Position numbers and translations under genes: made by a program. 64,000 bases of DNA from Ramazzottius varieornatus (taxonomy: Eukaryota > Animalia > Tardigrada). The stretch covers positions 124,001 to 188,000 of the forward strand of contig BDGG01000017.1 of the NCBI GenBank assembly GCA_001949185.1, read 5' to 3'. The notes beneath the pieces were generated by a model. The model saw only the letters and a program-made list of their open reading frames with translations, did not search any database and was not told where the DNA came from. How positions within the stretch are numbered: position 1 is the stretch's first letter; each line of letters starts with the position of its first letter. Of the stretch, positions 25,501 to 38,475 are shown piece by piece.

Positions 25501-27684
25501 TCTCTTTCTTCGCAGTCAGTGCCGCTTCCTTGTATTCTTGCTGCCGAGCCTTCAGCGCCGTCACTGTGGCATTTTTCGAGGTTGCAGTGGTGGGCGATGG
25601 AAGGTTAGGAGTTGGTTGTTGTGGAGGGCTGACGACCGGCGTTCTTGCCTGAAATCATGCTCAAGTATAAGTTTATACACCGGAAGCTCGGCAGACAGAT
25701 TCGACAAGATTGCTTTCCCGACTGGCTCACGAGTACACTGTCATGCGTCAATTCCACCTCATTTCGGAAGTCTGAAATTGTCATTTTCTACAGTAGGAGG
25801 TGTCCATTTCAGAACTGAAGAATCAATTTCGGAAAGATCGCTTTCTGGACTTGATCGATTTCGGAACCCATCTTCCGCTTGTCAATTTCTTGCCATTGCA
25901 AGGAGGTGTAATACATATTATGCCTCGAACTTGCAGGTTCGCCAGTCAGGATGCTCTGTAACCGAATATTCTGCCACACAATCGCTCGTCTCTGGCGCAG
26001 TTCATTTCTTGGTTTAATTAAATTCCGAAAAGCCATATGAAATACCATTCAGGTTTCCGAAATGATCTATTCTCTGAGTCCCGAAATTGGTGATTACACT
26101 TAGATCATGTCAGAAGACCAGAAATCAGTCGAAGTGTAATATAGCTCGTCTCAGTTTCCGGAAAAGAGCCTTTTTCAGACTTCCGAAATGACGTGTAATT
26201 GACGCATTACTGGCTGAAAGCGTGCGTCACTTGGTAGAACGATCCTGACTAGTTTTTCAAGTGGCGCACGCTTCCACCCCGCAACGGTGAAGGCATGCGT
26301 CACTTGGGAAAATTAATCTTATCGAGTTTTATATGCCAGAGTTCCTTACCAGACTCGGTTGGGACGCTGATGAAGGCGCCACATCGACCGTATCCACACT
26401 CAGTCTACTAGCTGACGTGGGTCGAACTGGTGGAGGAGGCGGCGAAGGCTGAGGAGTTCGGGAAGCTGGAGGTTGCAAGTCGCTGGACAGCGAGGGTTGC
26501 AGGACCGATTTGACGAAGACTGGTACAGGAATCTGGTCTTCTTCCACCAACTTGCCCTGCTTCGCTTGACTGATTTGCTCCTTCAGTAACTAAGAAACCA
26601 CAACAATTCCTCTCAGACTTACACAGGAGAAACTTATGGTCGGAAGAAAAAAGCTCACCTTGATTGTCCTTGCGTAGCGGTTGCTCTTTGCCGTTTCTTT
26701 CTGGTAGACAGCTTCCTGATGAGCGCCTTCGTAGTTTTCCAGTCTTTCTTTTAGCAGAGTCAACACGGCTGAGTTATTGTCAGCGTGCGAAGAAGGCGAA
26801 GCTTTGGGAAAGGACGGTGCAGTCGGCGGAAGATCGTTCACTTCCGGTGACAGCTGGCGAAGTTCTTCCTGCAGAGAAGAAGCGTGAGTTGATTGATAAA
26901 ACTGTTGAGTGTTGATCGAACGGAAACAAACTCGTTACAGTAAGTTTTAACCCTATTATACTAATTTCACAAAACAATTCTCTCACCAGAAGTTCGGGAT
27001 CGTCTTCGTCCACATCTTCATCATCATCCTCTTCCATTCCGATACGCTCGATGGCAGACATGTCGAAGGGATCAAACGCTCCGGCATTCGCTTGCGCTGC
27101 CGCAGCACCTCGCCTTGCGGCTGAAATACAACGAGAAATAAGATGAGTGCTTGGTTGGCCATACAGTGACACACTACCGGTAGAATTTCCATTGGTCCTG
27201 TGTTCAGACAACCGGGTGACTTGCCATAAGCGTCGTTTGCTGCGGGTTTCATGAATTTGAGAACTGGGAGTCACTAGATTCTTCCTCGACTCAGTCGACC
27301 GACTGTTACCTTTCGACCAAATTAATTTAAGTACTGCGCACTACCTCGAGGTGGGGGAACTGGTACGCTAGGTTGTCTCTGTGCGGGAGCAGCGGTCCTG
27401 GTGGCAGGTTGCCGTGGAGCAGAAGGTTTTCCACCCACCAGTGCAGCTAACTCAGCCTCCAAATCCGCGTCGTCAACCTCTAGAAAATCGTCCATGGCTT
27501 CATCCATGTTCATTGACGGCATCTCAAATGGCTACAGAAACAAAACAGACATCTGGCTACCCGTTGTGGCGTAGTTTCAACGGCGAAGGACTAGGAGATA
27601 TACTACACTTACGATTTGAAACGGCAGGGAACTGCGATTCGCCCGAGCTGGACGCTCCGTCGTCCTTCCTTTTCGGGCAGCCAT
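22573..27684 (-). CDS. CC2D1: Coiled-coil and C2 domain-containing protein 1 (CC2D1A/B, lethal giant discs)
   Basis: About 13 exons (27684-27613, 27531-27345, 27120-26987, 26868-26659, 26589-26350, 25648-25460, 25380-25009, 24725-24547, 24228-23847, 23614-23433, 23374-23248, 23189-23038, 22792-22573). DDADLEAELAALVG; four DM14 repeats (LKERLENY.., LKARQQEYKEAAL.., LQQRLEKYK.., LMERQKQFKLAAL..); C2 domain ending DGKKAVGGKLEVRVRIREPL. Confidence 0.95.
25744..26206. mobile_element. MITE (possibly PIF/Harbinger-type) nested inside a family A element
   Basis: 34-bp TIRs tgcgtcaattccacctcatttcggaagtctgaaa / tttcagacttccgaaatgacgtgtaattgacgca; flanks TCA and TTA; it splits a family A unit. Confidence 0.8.
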
Positions 27685-29496
27685 CTCTGCGGACTGTTAT
27701 CTTATATAGATAATCCAGTGAGAACACACCAGGAGAGAAGGAAATCTGGTGTCGGACGGGAAGCAGCGGTGGACGGGTGATTTATTCAGTGAATTACGCT
27801 AACCACGGAACGGCTTCGCAACCTCAAGCGCAGCCCAACTTTGGAACGGCACTCAGTCGATCAATAATTTACATATGAAAAATAACGTTCCGAGTGTCGT
27901 TCGAGCACCATGTCTCTTGCTCACTAGAGGTAGAATTCGCGCACTGATGACAAGACTGACGCGTTGTACTGGTTCTTTACAGGTCGTAGGGTAAGGTGGC
28001 GGTTCCGTGATAGTCGATATTAGGCTGAATATACCCAAGGGACTCTGAATCACAAACTCATCAGAGGAAGCTCGAGCCCCAGACAGGAGAATCCTTTATA
28101 CCCCATTCGTACTTACGCGTCGGCGACAGAAGCCAGAGGCGAGAAGTTTGCGATCAAGTAATGCGGCTGCCAACGGTTCGCAATTTCAGATGCAGGCATG
28201 ATGTAACAACTTTTTCGCTGGGTTTTGCCTCTCTGCACCTTTCCGTAGAACTGTCTGTCGTTCATACTCCGATGCGGCAGAAACGGAATCTCAGGTCAAG
28301 TCATGTCATATGATGTGGTGTCATGTCATAGACCACAACCTGTCGGAAGTGGCTGACTGCCTTTTCTCTTTCAAGATTCCTTTCATGCATCTCCTGGTTA
28401 TCCCCGTCATCAGCCACGTCTCGATGACTCTGTGTATTCCTCGATAGATTCTGTGCAAGATATTGGGGGTGAGTACAGAAAGGGTTGTATTACAGGAAGA
28501 TAGAAAACTATCCCAAGTGAAAATCAGCCAGAAAAACATTTTTCGCATGCTGCTCAACCTGATTCCCGGCACTAAACGTAAAAGTTAAGGCGAGAAACCG
28601 AGCGGAAAAAACCGAGTAATGGACCGTTCGTACTCAAGAACTTTTGTTGCAGCCGCAGAACTTTCGCCGCTAGAAGTGCGAATGATGACGTCACCAAAAA
28701 ACCGTTTTTACTGCTTTCTTCTGTCGTCGACGCGTAAGCACAAATGGGGCATTATTTGGGATGATTCCCCGATTTTTTCTGATTTTTCTAATTTTTTTGA
28801 CGAATTTTTCCAAGTTTTTGATGAGTCATAAGTCGTGATTTCGGATTTGATCAATCGATTCTTTAGTAATCATTCGAAGATATTGGCGTGTTGATTAATA
28901 CGGAATTGATAACCCTGTTAATAGTACCACTTGACAGCACTGCACGATCAACAGGGTATAATGATGCACTATGCCTGTACGTGCACCAGATGACTAATGG
29001 TAGAGACCACTTTCGGTGCCAAGAAATTTCTCTCTGATGTCATAAGCTCAGGCTTGCCATAGTGTGCCCCCATTTAAAGGCTTTAGAATACCTGAATAGC
29101 ATTCTACGATGACTCAAGTGGTCTATAATTCATTCTAAAGCTCCGCTGGAAGGCCAGCCTTTTAGGCGGAGCTCTCGCAAAAATCAATAAATCACCCGTC
29201 CACGGTCCACCATTGACGGGAAGTTTCCTGGTTTTCTCGAAATACAAAATTAAGTCTGTTTTCTGAATAAAAATCAAAAATAAACAGTGAAAATAAGCAA
29301 AAATTGGTTTTTCTGCTGACGGTCTAAGCCAGATAATCAATTTGGCTGCAGCAATCAACTTGTGGAATATGTCGGTGACTTCACGAGCGGGAGGACTGAT
29401 TAGGTCATCCGACGAATGAGGAAATTCGTGGACTGAACAGCAAAAAATCTTTTCGCGGAGAAATCAGGGTTTATGTTCTTTGAGGAAGCTGGAAAC

Positions 29497-31764
29497 ATGT
29501 CGGACATTCGCCCAGCCACCATAGTTTTCAAGTTCGATGGAGACAGTCTACTGGCCGGTAGCGGTCAACGTCGAAGTCAGCCTGCAAAGCCAGCAAAGGC
29601 ATCGAAGGCGACGACGAACTTGACGAAGTGTTCTGTGAGAGAATGTGGCGTTATCCAGCAGCCTCCATCGAGGATCGTCATGCATAGTTCCCTGCAACAT
29701 AGTGATCTGACCGTGGCTGCCTGGAGGAACTTCTTCCAGATGAACAAATTTACCAAGTTCCCCAAGCGGGTTTTCATCTGTCAGTATCATTTTACGGAGG
29801 ACTGCCATACTCCCAAGGGGCAATTACGACTGAACAGCATTCCGACCATCAGGATACCTTTAGCATTGCAAGCAGCAGAAGGTGAGCCAAGTGCGTCGTG
29901 ATCACGTGGTACTCTTAAGTATTTACCGTGATGTTTAAGCATTAAACAATTTTACCGTACGATTTAAGCACGTGCTTTGATGTCAGACTAGTGCATCAAA
30001 ATAACCGTACCCGCTCTGGTCTGAACAGATGACGATATGGTTGACTCAGTGACTCTCGTCCCCAGTTTACGTACAGAGACTGTGACTGATTATAGTGTAT
30101 GTCTCACCGAATGGCCTGCCAGATTTCTGTGGTAATTTGAATTTAATTTCTTTTAATTACAGGCCCTGACGAGCCTCCGTCTCCACAGTCCATTCCCTCT
30201 CACCCTGTCCGGGATGCTCCCAAAGGTCCTTCTCCGTCTTCTCCTTTCCCACGGAAGTCTTCCACCGACCAATGGACGGGCTTCCATGATCTGTTGAATG
30301 CTCTGGCGCCGTACGCTCTCAAGACGCCCAGCAGCAAGTGGGTTATCTTGAACTTCCCACACGCCAAACCGGCCAATATCTCATTTGAATGTCTAGAAGA
30401 AAATGTCTCGTACAAGTCGGTGACGTTCAGTGGAAGTCTGGATGCAACGATCATGATCAGGGGAAACAGGTATACCAAAGAAGAGACCAGGGTGTGTCAG
30501 GCCAGCGAACTGGAGACCTTGCTGGCCACGATTGACGCCTTGGAAGTTCTGCCGTGTGGATGTGTCCCGTGGGGCCATGTCAGTGACTTTGAATACGACT
30601 TGCCAAAGGTTATACTCCCCTCCGAAGACTGGTTTACGTTCAGCCTGATCAAAAGGCAGTACCAGATCCTCTTCCAGCGCGTCGACGACCACGGAAGATC
30701 CATTAAATGTCTTTCCTTTTCCCTGAGTCTCCTACCTAGATTGCATGTTCGAAATAAGCGCTGTCTCGAAAACGACAAAGATCTCCAGGTAATCTATTAT
30801 CAGCTGGTTCGTTCCAAACTTCATTTTACACCTTCCAGACGTAAAATCGGAAGTTTCCTTCAACAACCGACCAGTTTCTGGATGGTCTTGTACAACACTA
30901 TGCAGGCTGTAACACTAGTTCTACGGTGGACGAGGCACCTTTGAGTTTTCCTCCAGCTCCAGGAAGTGGTTATTGGCCCTCGCTCCGAGACTTTTTAGAG
31001 AGCTAAGAGCCTCAGCTATGATGCTATCACAGAAAGCATTGATATCGTGATCGGCGAGTGACATGGTCTGAATGGTCCCTCGTAAGTTAGCGCTTTAGTC
31101 AGTTTGCCTTTTTTCTACGATGGTGCCACTGGAGGTTGTGGCTAACACGATCTTGATCAGGTCGTTGTCAAGGCCGTGCTCGGTTTGGCTACGTCAAACG
31201 TCAAAGCCGTGCTGGGCGCGAACCTGAGTGGCATCATGGTAAAAAGGGCAGGATTACGTACTTTAGCGTCCGAAACAATGATTGCTTCATCCTGTCTTCT
31301 TGGCTCAACTTCCTGTTTTTGTCGTTCAGGAGCCCGTTAAGTGTACCCATGACGTTGAGAAGCTGTTGGAGCAAGTGGACAAGCTGAGGGTGTGCAGTCA
31401 GACCAACTACCTGCCGCCGGCCAAGGCTGAAACGTTCCGAAGATCCTGTCAGTTGGTCGTTTTGCCAAGCTACAATGGCAAACGCTGGGAACGTACCATC
31501 TGTCCGGCTTGCCATAGTGCCGAATACTGTCGGAGGAGGAAAGAGCAGAGAGAACTGAAGCGCAAAGCGGTGAAGGCTTTGGAAAGGGAAGAGCTGGCCG
31601 GCTTGAGAAAGCAATTGAAAAAGCTTGAACAGAACAATGATAAACTCCTCTCTGTTAGTACCGATGCTGTCGAACAACTTTTGAACCAAATGAAAGATGT
31701 CAATCCAGTAATGGATCCAGACTCAGAAGAAAAAGAAGAAGAAGAGGTGGTACTTACAGTATAA
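29497..31764 (+). CDS. THAP zinc-finger protein with tandem-duplicated central domain and C-terminal coiled coil
   Basis: Exons about 29497-29881, 30163-30788, 31330-31764 are in frame. THAP signature CSVREC..W..ICQYHFTEDC..LRLNSIPTI; CxxC (CPAC) followed by a charged coiled coil and acidic end. Confidence 0.75.
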
Positions 31765-32124
31765 GCTTTCGGAAGCAGAAATCTGTTTTTGTTTCGGATA
31801 ATTTTGTTTCGAAATAGGAAGTCGTTTAAGCTTATGCAAGTAAAGAAAGAGGGCGACTTTACTCGTTCCTGGCAAACGTGCAACGCTGGCGAGAAGACAG
31901 CTAATAATAGGCCAGCCGTGGGTTGAAAGTAGTTGAAGTTGATTTCCGTGGTTCTGGCCGACGTCTTGTTGAAGTCCTCCGCCATCCTACTCGTAAAACG
32001 AACGCAGTTGAGAATCAGAGGTATCACTGCGAGGAAAGACTGTATGCCAGGATGCGTCACCTCACAGCTCCTCGCTGATACAATTCTTCTGATCCGGCAT
32101 GTACTGGCTCAAATAGCTGCAGAG

Positions 32125-32779
32125 TAGTGATGTTCTAATATGGGTTAATGAGATCTAATATAATAAAAACAAATATCCGCCGTCCATCAAAGTTCTAATA
32201 AGTGACCACTACTATAGTAAAACGTCTACCTGATTTAATAAAATATTACTATAGTAGAACTTTCGGGGGTTTGTTATTAAAATATATTTTAATATCGGAG
32301 AGCTCGACGGAAGATCTAAAGATTCAGAATCACAACCATCAGATCAGCAAAAATACTGTAGTACAGCCTGCACCCTGCACCTGCACACTGTAACATGGCC
32401 GATTGAAGTGTCAGACTGTATGCAGGTGCACGATGTTCAAGGGTATTTATTCTGCGGTAGCCCTACTGTACTGCTGTAGAGGCATCATCATGGTGTGGCG
32501 CACTTTATAAGGCGTGGTCGCACATCGAGAAGCCAACGCACGCGCATCAGAACTCAGTAAATCAACCAGTTTTTCGAATCAGCGGTAGCGTTAACCCGTA
32601 TTAAAATTTATTTTACTAATAATAATAAAATATGGCACTTCCGGTTTCAAGCTACTAAAATATAAGTATTGGAATGCGGTGCCCAATTCTGTTTACTAAA
32701 TATTACTAAATATAGTAGATGATCAAAACATCTACTATCATCTACTTTAATATAATATTACTATATTACAACATCACTA
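32125..32779. mobile_element. Non-autonomous hAT-type element
   Basis: TIRs tagtgatgttctaata / tattacaacatcacta; 8-bp flanks ctgcagag / ctgcatag (TSD with one mismatch); AT-rich subterminal repeats. Confidence 0.8.
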
Positions 32780-32949
32780 CTGCATAGCACAGAATGATTA
32801 GGGCTGGCTGTCAAGTGCCGCGAATGACGTTACTGCGGAAAGGTGGTGAATTGCTTCACTTGCGTGTTGCACCAGCAAGATCCCTGACGGCGCACTTTTT
32901 ATATTTTATTTGACGGAGTTACCCGATTACGTGAGCGCCGGTAGGCAAA

Positions 32950-33325
32950 CGGAGATTCACCTGGACGGTCGATCAGTTTTTCTACAGTTATACGCGGATG
33001 ACATCGTAATTTTGTCGGTCTTCGTTGAGCACGCGCAGCTAACTATCAACCGAGTGTGTGAATATACTGTATGAAGGCTCTTCGTCTAGTCCTGAACGTC
33101 CCTAAATGCGCAGTTATGCACACAGGCAGAACAAAGGCTCGTTCGCAGGCATTTCCGCCTCTCTTCATCGGCGACACGGAAGTTGAGATCGTCGCACAGT
33201 TCAAGTACTTCGGAGCTACAGTCAATAGCTCAAACAATAACACCCAGAATCGGTGTGCAAACGTACTAACTGCGACTGCTGCTTCAGCCGTAATGCTCCG
33301 TGATATCACGCAACGACCAGCCTAG
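32950..33325 (+). pseudogene. Non-LTR (LINE) reverse transcriptase fragment
   Basis: LQLYADDIVIL, then after a frameshift LVLNVPKCAVM..VEIVAQFKYFGATV; truncated on both sides. Confidence 0.8.
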
Positions 33326-34069
33326 CCAGATCTCTGGTTCGCTAGACAAAAACAGCTGATTTCTCGATAACAGGTTCTACTTGGATTAAAATCTCATTTC
33401 GTGCCAACTCATGGCCGGTTTTGATCAAAATCTTGCCAAAATCAGATAACAAGCTGATTAAACGCTGATTTCAAGCTTAATTATTGATAGATCAGATTTC
33501 GTGCGTAAGATTTGTGAGTGGAAAACTTTAGAGCAGGAACCAAGAACTCGACAGGACTGGGAGTATGCCATATGACTCTTTCCTGAATCCCGCCTATCTT
33601 AAAAGAGAAAGTTTTAACCAGCTTTTCACTGCCTGTGTCAACTTCGTATCGAGGTGTTCATCGGGAGTTCTACGGAGGCGACTGCCTTGTATTTTAAGCC
33701 GATATTCTTGGGCATTTTGCCCTTTGTAGGGAAACCTTTGCGACAACCCGAACAGCTTTGCCTTCGATGAACAATTTCCCCTACAAGCAGGTTTTGTTGT
33801 CTCGTATCGACACGATGACTGTTCGCAAAACAAGCCCTTAAGATGTTCGGATAAGTTTTAGAGGTTCGTAGATTGAATACTACGAGTTGATTTGTTGATG
33901 AGGTGGCACGAAATTCACGTGGTCGCAATGAAAAAACATCAATCTCTTTACGAATCTTTGAATCATCGAAATCGGTTGACAACGAAAGAAAGCTAATTTA
34001 TGGTATGAGGTGCCCACACACTCAGTCATGCTCAATGGTCATCGCCACTCCATGGTCTTAGTTCGGTTG

Positions 34070-34570
34070 TAGTGCTGGCAAAAATACGATTAAATTCGAT
34101 ACGATAGTTTTCGATACAATATCGGCGGGTATTTTATCGCGGTCTTCGATATTAATTCGATATCGATATTTCGACACGATATTTTTCCGTTACCGTATTT
34201 TCGATATATCGTATCATATCGCAGCGATGTATCGATATTTCTGCAATTTTAGTTTTTCGGAATTCCACTGGTCCACGCCCAAAAACTCAAGAAGCCGATT
34301 TCCACATAAAGTATTAGTAAGATCGAAAGCGTCGGATGCAGCAAAGACATGATTATACCAAGACTTCAAACACATGGAAACCTGGACGGAATCAGTACCA
34401 GAACCGAATGGGTGAGGTGTGCTCGGCACACCATGGCCAAAATCAAGTCTTTGAAATCAACCATGGTCTTCCGTAAACGAGATATCACTAGCGAGTTTGC
34501 CGTTCAGCGAAATACCGATATATCGAAAATACATCGATATGGCGCGATACGATATCGCCGAATATTTTAT
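34070..34570 (-). mobile_element. Degraded hAT remnant
   Basis: tagtgctgg terminus; inverted clusters of CGATA/TATCG subterminal repeats; minus-strand peptides ILAMVCRAHL and DSVQVSMCLKSWY resemble pieces of the hAT C-terminal dimerisation domain. Confidence 0.55.
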
Positions 34571-37053
34571 TGCGTCCGTAACCTCCCGTTTCTGAGTGAG
34601 ACCGAACTGATCCTAAGATTGCACTGTTACTAGTAACAAAGACCCGGCTCTGTAGGTCGTTGTGTAGCAAAACTTGAAATGTTTCGAAAGAGCTGAATTA
34701 CCGCAGGAAATTTCAAACCGTGCGCGGCACCATAGAAAAATTATGGTTACCTACTGATTGCTATCTTACAGTCTAGACCGTTGAAAAGTTCTTCCACCCG
34801 GCATAACGATAGCTGCAGACTAAACCTGTCTGGAGCGGGGAAGAATAATAAAGAAACTTGCCGTTGACTAAACGAAATCTTTCGGTCAACTCAAAGCACA
34901 ACTGTTACAAGTCAGCTCTAGAGTGCACACCGAACAAAACGTTTCCGCAAAACTGCAGGAGGTGGAAACTCTCCTTCGTACACCAGGAAAAAGGGTTCTG
35001 ATACCTTCGGTATCAGAACCCCTTTTCTGATGTCGCAGATTTTCAGCACCTCCAGCAAGAAAGAAGAATTTCTTCCGCAGAGGCTACCAAAAATGGCTAC
35101 CGATGCTATATCGTTTCTCTTCCCCTATTTTCTTACATTACAGGCACGAACACGATGCCAAAAAAGTGACTGAAGTACCTCGCTAGTATGAGTGGATAAC
35201 CTGATCAAATATTCCGAGGTTCGAAGCCAGGAGAAATTTTTGAGAATCTTCGTCGGGGGAGTAACAAGTAGTAACTTTCGCATCGGATATGTATATATCA
35301 ATAAGAACGTAAAATCGAAGGAAGAAAATTCGAAGGAATGCTGGCATTTATACCCGTGACGGCGAACTCTGCTCCGTCAACCGCGTGCAACTTGTCCAGG
35401 GCGTGGCAAGGTGAGAACGTTCTGCATGACCAGCATCACATCGCGCTGGTGAACCTGGAGAGCGTTGATTCTACCACGCAAAGGCATACACCATCAATAC
35501 TAAAGCTGCGACGAGAGCTCCAGGAGCAATTTTGTACATGAAATGGTCGTCCATCAATGATCGCTTCTGGACGTCGCAGCGGTGTTCCATCCTGTTGTAG
35601 AGCTCCTGGGCATATTCCACCATTTTCGCGCTGACCTGGTCCGCTGTCATGGAGTTCCCGTATCGCTGACTCTTTCGAACGCGCAGCAGGAAACATTTCT
35701 TGCTCGAAATTTATGGTCCGCGCTGTTGTAACCTTGCTTACGAGCTTAGGAATGGCGGAAAATTTGTTGCATCCCATTTGAAGCTTTTTCCACGGAGAAG
35801 GGGCAAAAGTAGGAAAACGTTATTCTGGAGTATGCAAGGGTTGTGGCGGTCGTCTTATCAATTCCCATGTTCGACAAAAATCGTCGAGCACGTCGGCTGG
35901 CCACAAGGAACTTGGAACAGCAGCCTCCGGCCAACATGCACAACCCGAGATCACACAAGCATCGTCCGTATCGCCACCTCGCGACAAACAGCCCGAAAGT
36001 TACGGAAGGACCTGACAGTTCCACCTGCAGTGATTTGTCATCACAACTTGTAACGTCAAACGATGAAGATGACCATGATGGAATAATTCGGATACGGATA
36101 CTGATCTTCCAGGTAGGCACAGAAAGCAGCATTATGGTACAATGAAGAAAGTGCTTCATTTCTCTTGATCAAATTTTGTTGAGCTATTGCGTGCTTGAGA
36201 ATTGGCTGAAGCTGCACTCACGTGTCCACAATTGAAAATCATAATTGATTACGGGATCGTAAGCGCTTATTCCATTGTATAGTTAATTGACGGTGGTGAC
36301 AGTACAGACGAAATAATTTTAGTAATGGAGAGAAATGAAGGCAAAATTGTTGAGCATGTGATTCATTTTATGTGATAAAAGCATGCTGCAAAAAAACCCT
36401 ATTTTTTTGTCGTTTGTGCAGATGAAGAATGGGAAACTACCACAAGAGTGGTTGCGCACCCGGCAAAAGTTCCGCTGTGCGTACCTGGTTTTGAAGACAT
36501 GGATCTTCAGCAGGACAACTTCCTAATCACCCGGAACGACGACGCGCAATGGAAACGACGTCGATCAAGTTGACGTGGACGAGGGAAATGGAATAACCAA
36601 CAAGAACTCGCCGGCGAGGCCATATGGAACAGATCATATCAGAAAATACTTTGACGAGCGATGAACTTAAGGCGATGGATACGAACGATAATCAGCAGGT
36701 ATGCAGTAGCATTCGTCACTCCTAAAGTACGGAAGGCGTACAATCTAAAACACAAAAGCCGTAGCTTCAAGTAACGGCATACAGCTGCGCAGAGTTGCTC
36801 GCGGTGTGCGTTGTGCGCAGGTCATCGAATGGTTTCCGAATCCCTTGCTTGTGGTTATATCGATCACCTGCATACAGTGTGAACTAATCACTGCGATTCG
36901 AACACGTATGGGGTAGACAATGCCCCCAAGGAACAGAAAGTGACACTTCCGCCTTCCCTACAATAAGCGCATTCATCCATACCATAGCCATTACAGCCAT
37001 GTGTTCATTTTAGAATCCTGCTTTGGCCATCGATAGACGGTGGGGGGAAGATC

Positions 37054-38475
37054 GTGTGGAATGCTGAGAAAGAAGATGGCCTGTACAACGACTTTATCAG
37101 CAATTATGCATCATGTGACCTGCGGTGTCACTTGACCATCAGTAAAGAGTTATATCAAGGAAGGCGACGTACAATGAAGGAAATGTCCCCGCATGAAAGA
37201 CGACTATGTCTGGCTTCGATGCTATCTATGTCTCTTCCTGCAGTGTTTGAGAAGGGCTCTCATGCGAATTATTCTTTCAGTGCAGATCGACCGTTATGTC
37301 TTAAAGCTTTCTGCTTTGCAAATGCAGCATCGAACAACTGTCTACCGGTTGGGAACCTCTCAGGAATGGCGGGTTCCGTGTTGTAAAGCCACCAGGCAGT
37401 CGTGGTCGGGCGCTGAAAAAGCCACGATCCCTGCTGACTGCGAGCTTCCTCCTTCAGATAGCCAGTTTATTCGGATTGTCGATGCCAACGCTAGCACGGG
37501 CAGCATCCAGACCACCATCGATCTGTCTACCTTCGGATCCTTCTCCTACGGTCTTGTACGGTCAGTACCTTCAGATGTTCTCGCAGGACGGCGCGGAAAA
37601 GGGTGTCAGCAAGAACACCTTTCTTAAGGTGTGGAAGCAGTTTGTGCCGCACGTGAAAGTCCGAGGTCTGCGCAGCGGCATGTGCAATGACTGCGATCAG
37701 TACTCCAGCCGCATATATCATTGCCGAAAGAAAGGAATCCCCGGTGACGATCTGTTGGCGAAGTGGACAGCACAGAAGCAAAGGGCGGACGACGAGCGAG
37801 CTAAATATGTCAGCCACGTGGAAAGCAGCATCGTAAGCTACAAACAGAATGGTTTCTTGGAGAGCAGCAAGTTTCCAGCGGGCAACAATGCAAAGCGCGT
37901 TATTGCTTTCAACTTCGCGCAGTCCATGGGTCTTCCAAACCATACCGACCAAGCGGGACCTATTTATTTTAAGGTAAGTTCGCTCACTATCGGAACAACT
38001 CAAACGTAATGTTTTCAAAGCTAGCAAGGTACGCAGCTGAGAAGTACGCAGAATTACAGCGAACCCCAGCTGGAACGGGGTTTCAGCTGGGGTTCGAAGT
38101 CGGCGAAGTCTATGGAGACAACGCTGATGTTTCTGTTTACAGGTCCAGCTGAAATTCCACTTGTTCGGCCTGCAAGACCCAGCGCGAAAACACGTCATTT
38201 ACTATCTTGCCGATGAAAGAAACCATCGGACTGGACGGAAAGGAATCTCACGGACCTAACGCGGTGATTTCCATGGTTGATTACTACTTGAAGAAGCATG
38301 AACATAGCGAAAAGATGTTGGTTGTGTATTGCGACAACTGCGGCGGGCAAAACGAGAGCTGGTTTCTGATGACGTATTGGGCCCACCTGACGAAAACCGG
38401 CAGGTATAACGATGTGGAGACGCACTTCGTACCTGTCGGGCACACAAAGTTCGCCCCCGATGCTTTTTTCGGTCG
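37054..38475 (+). mobile_element. Sola-like DDE transposase pseudogene (frameshifted, with intron)
   Basis: CNDCDQY, FNFAQSMGLP..QAGPIYFK, intron about 37974-38142, HGPNAVISMVDYYL, CDNCGGQN, VGHTKFAPDAFFG; reading frame is broken several times. Confidence 0.75.

Noticed and set aside
25259-26017. 252-aa plus-strand ORF
   Set aside because: Antisense to CC2D1 exons and running into a MITE; no domain.
28925-29122. 9-bp inverted repeat accacttga/tcaagtggt as a MITE
   Set aside because: Too short, with no convincing TSD or second copy.
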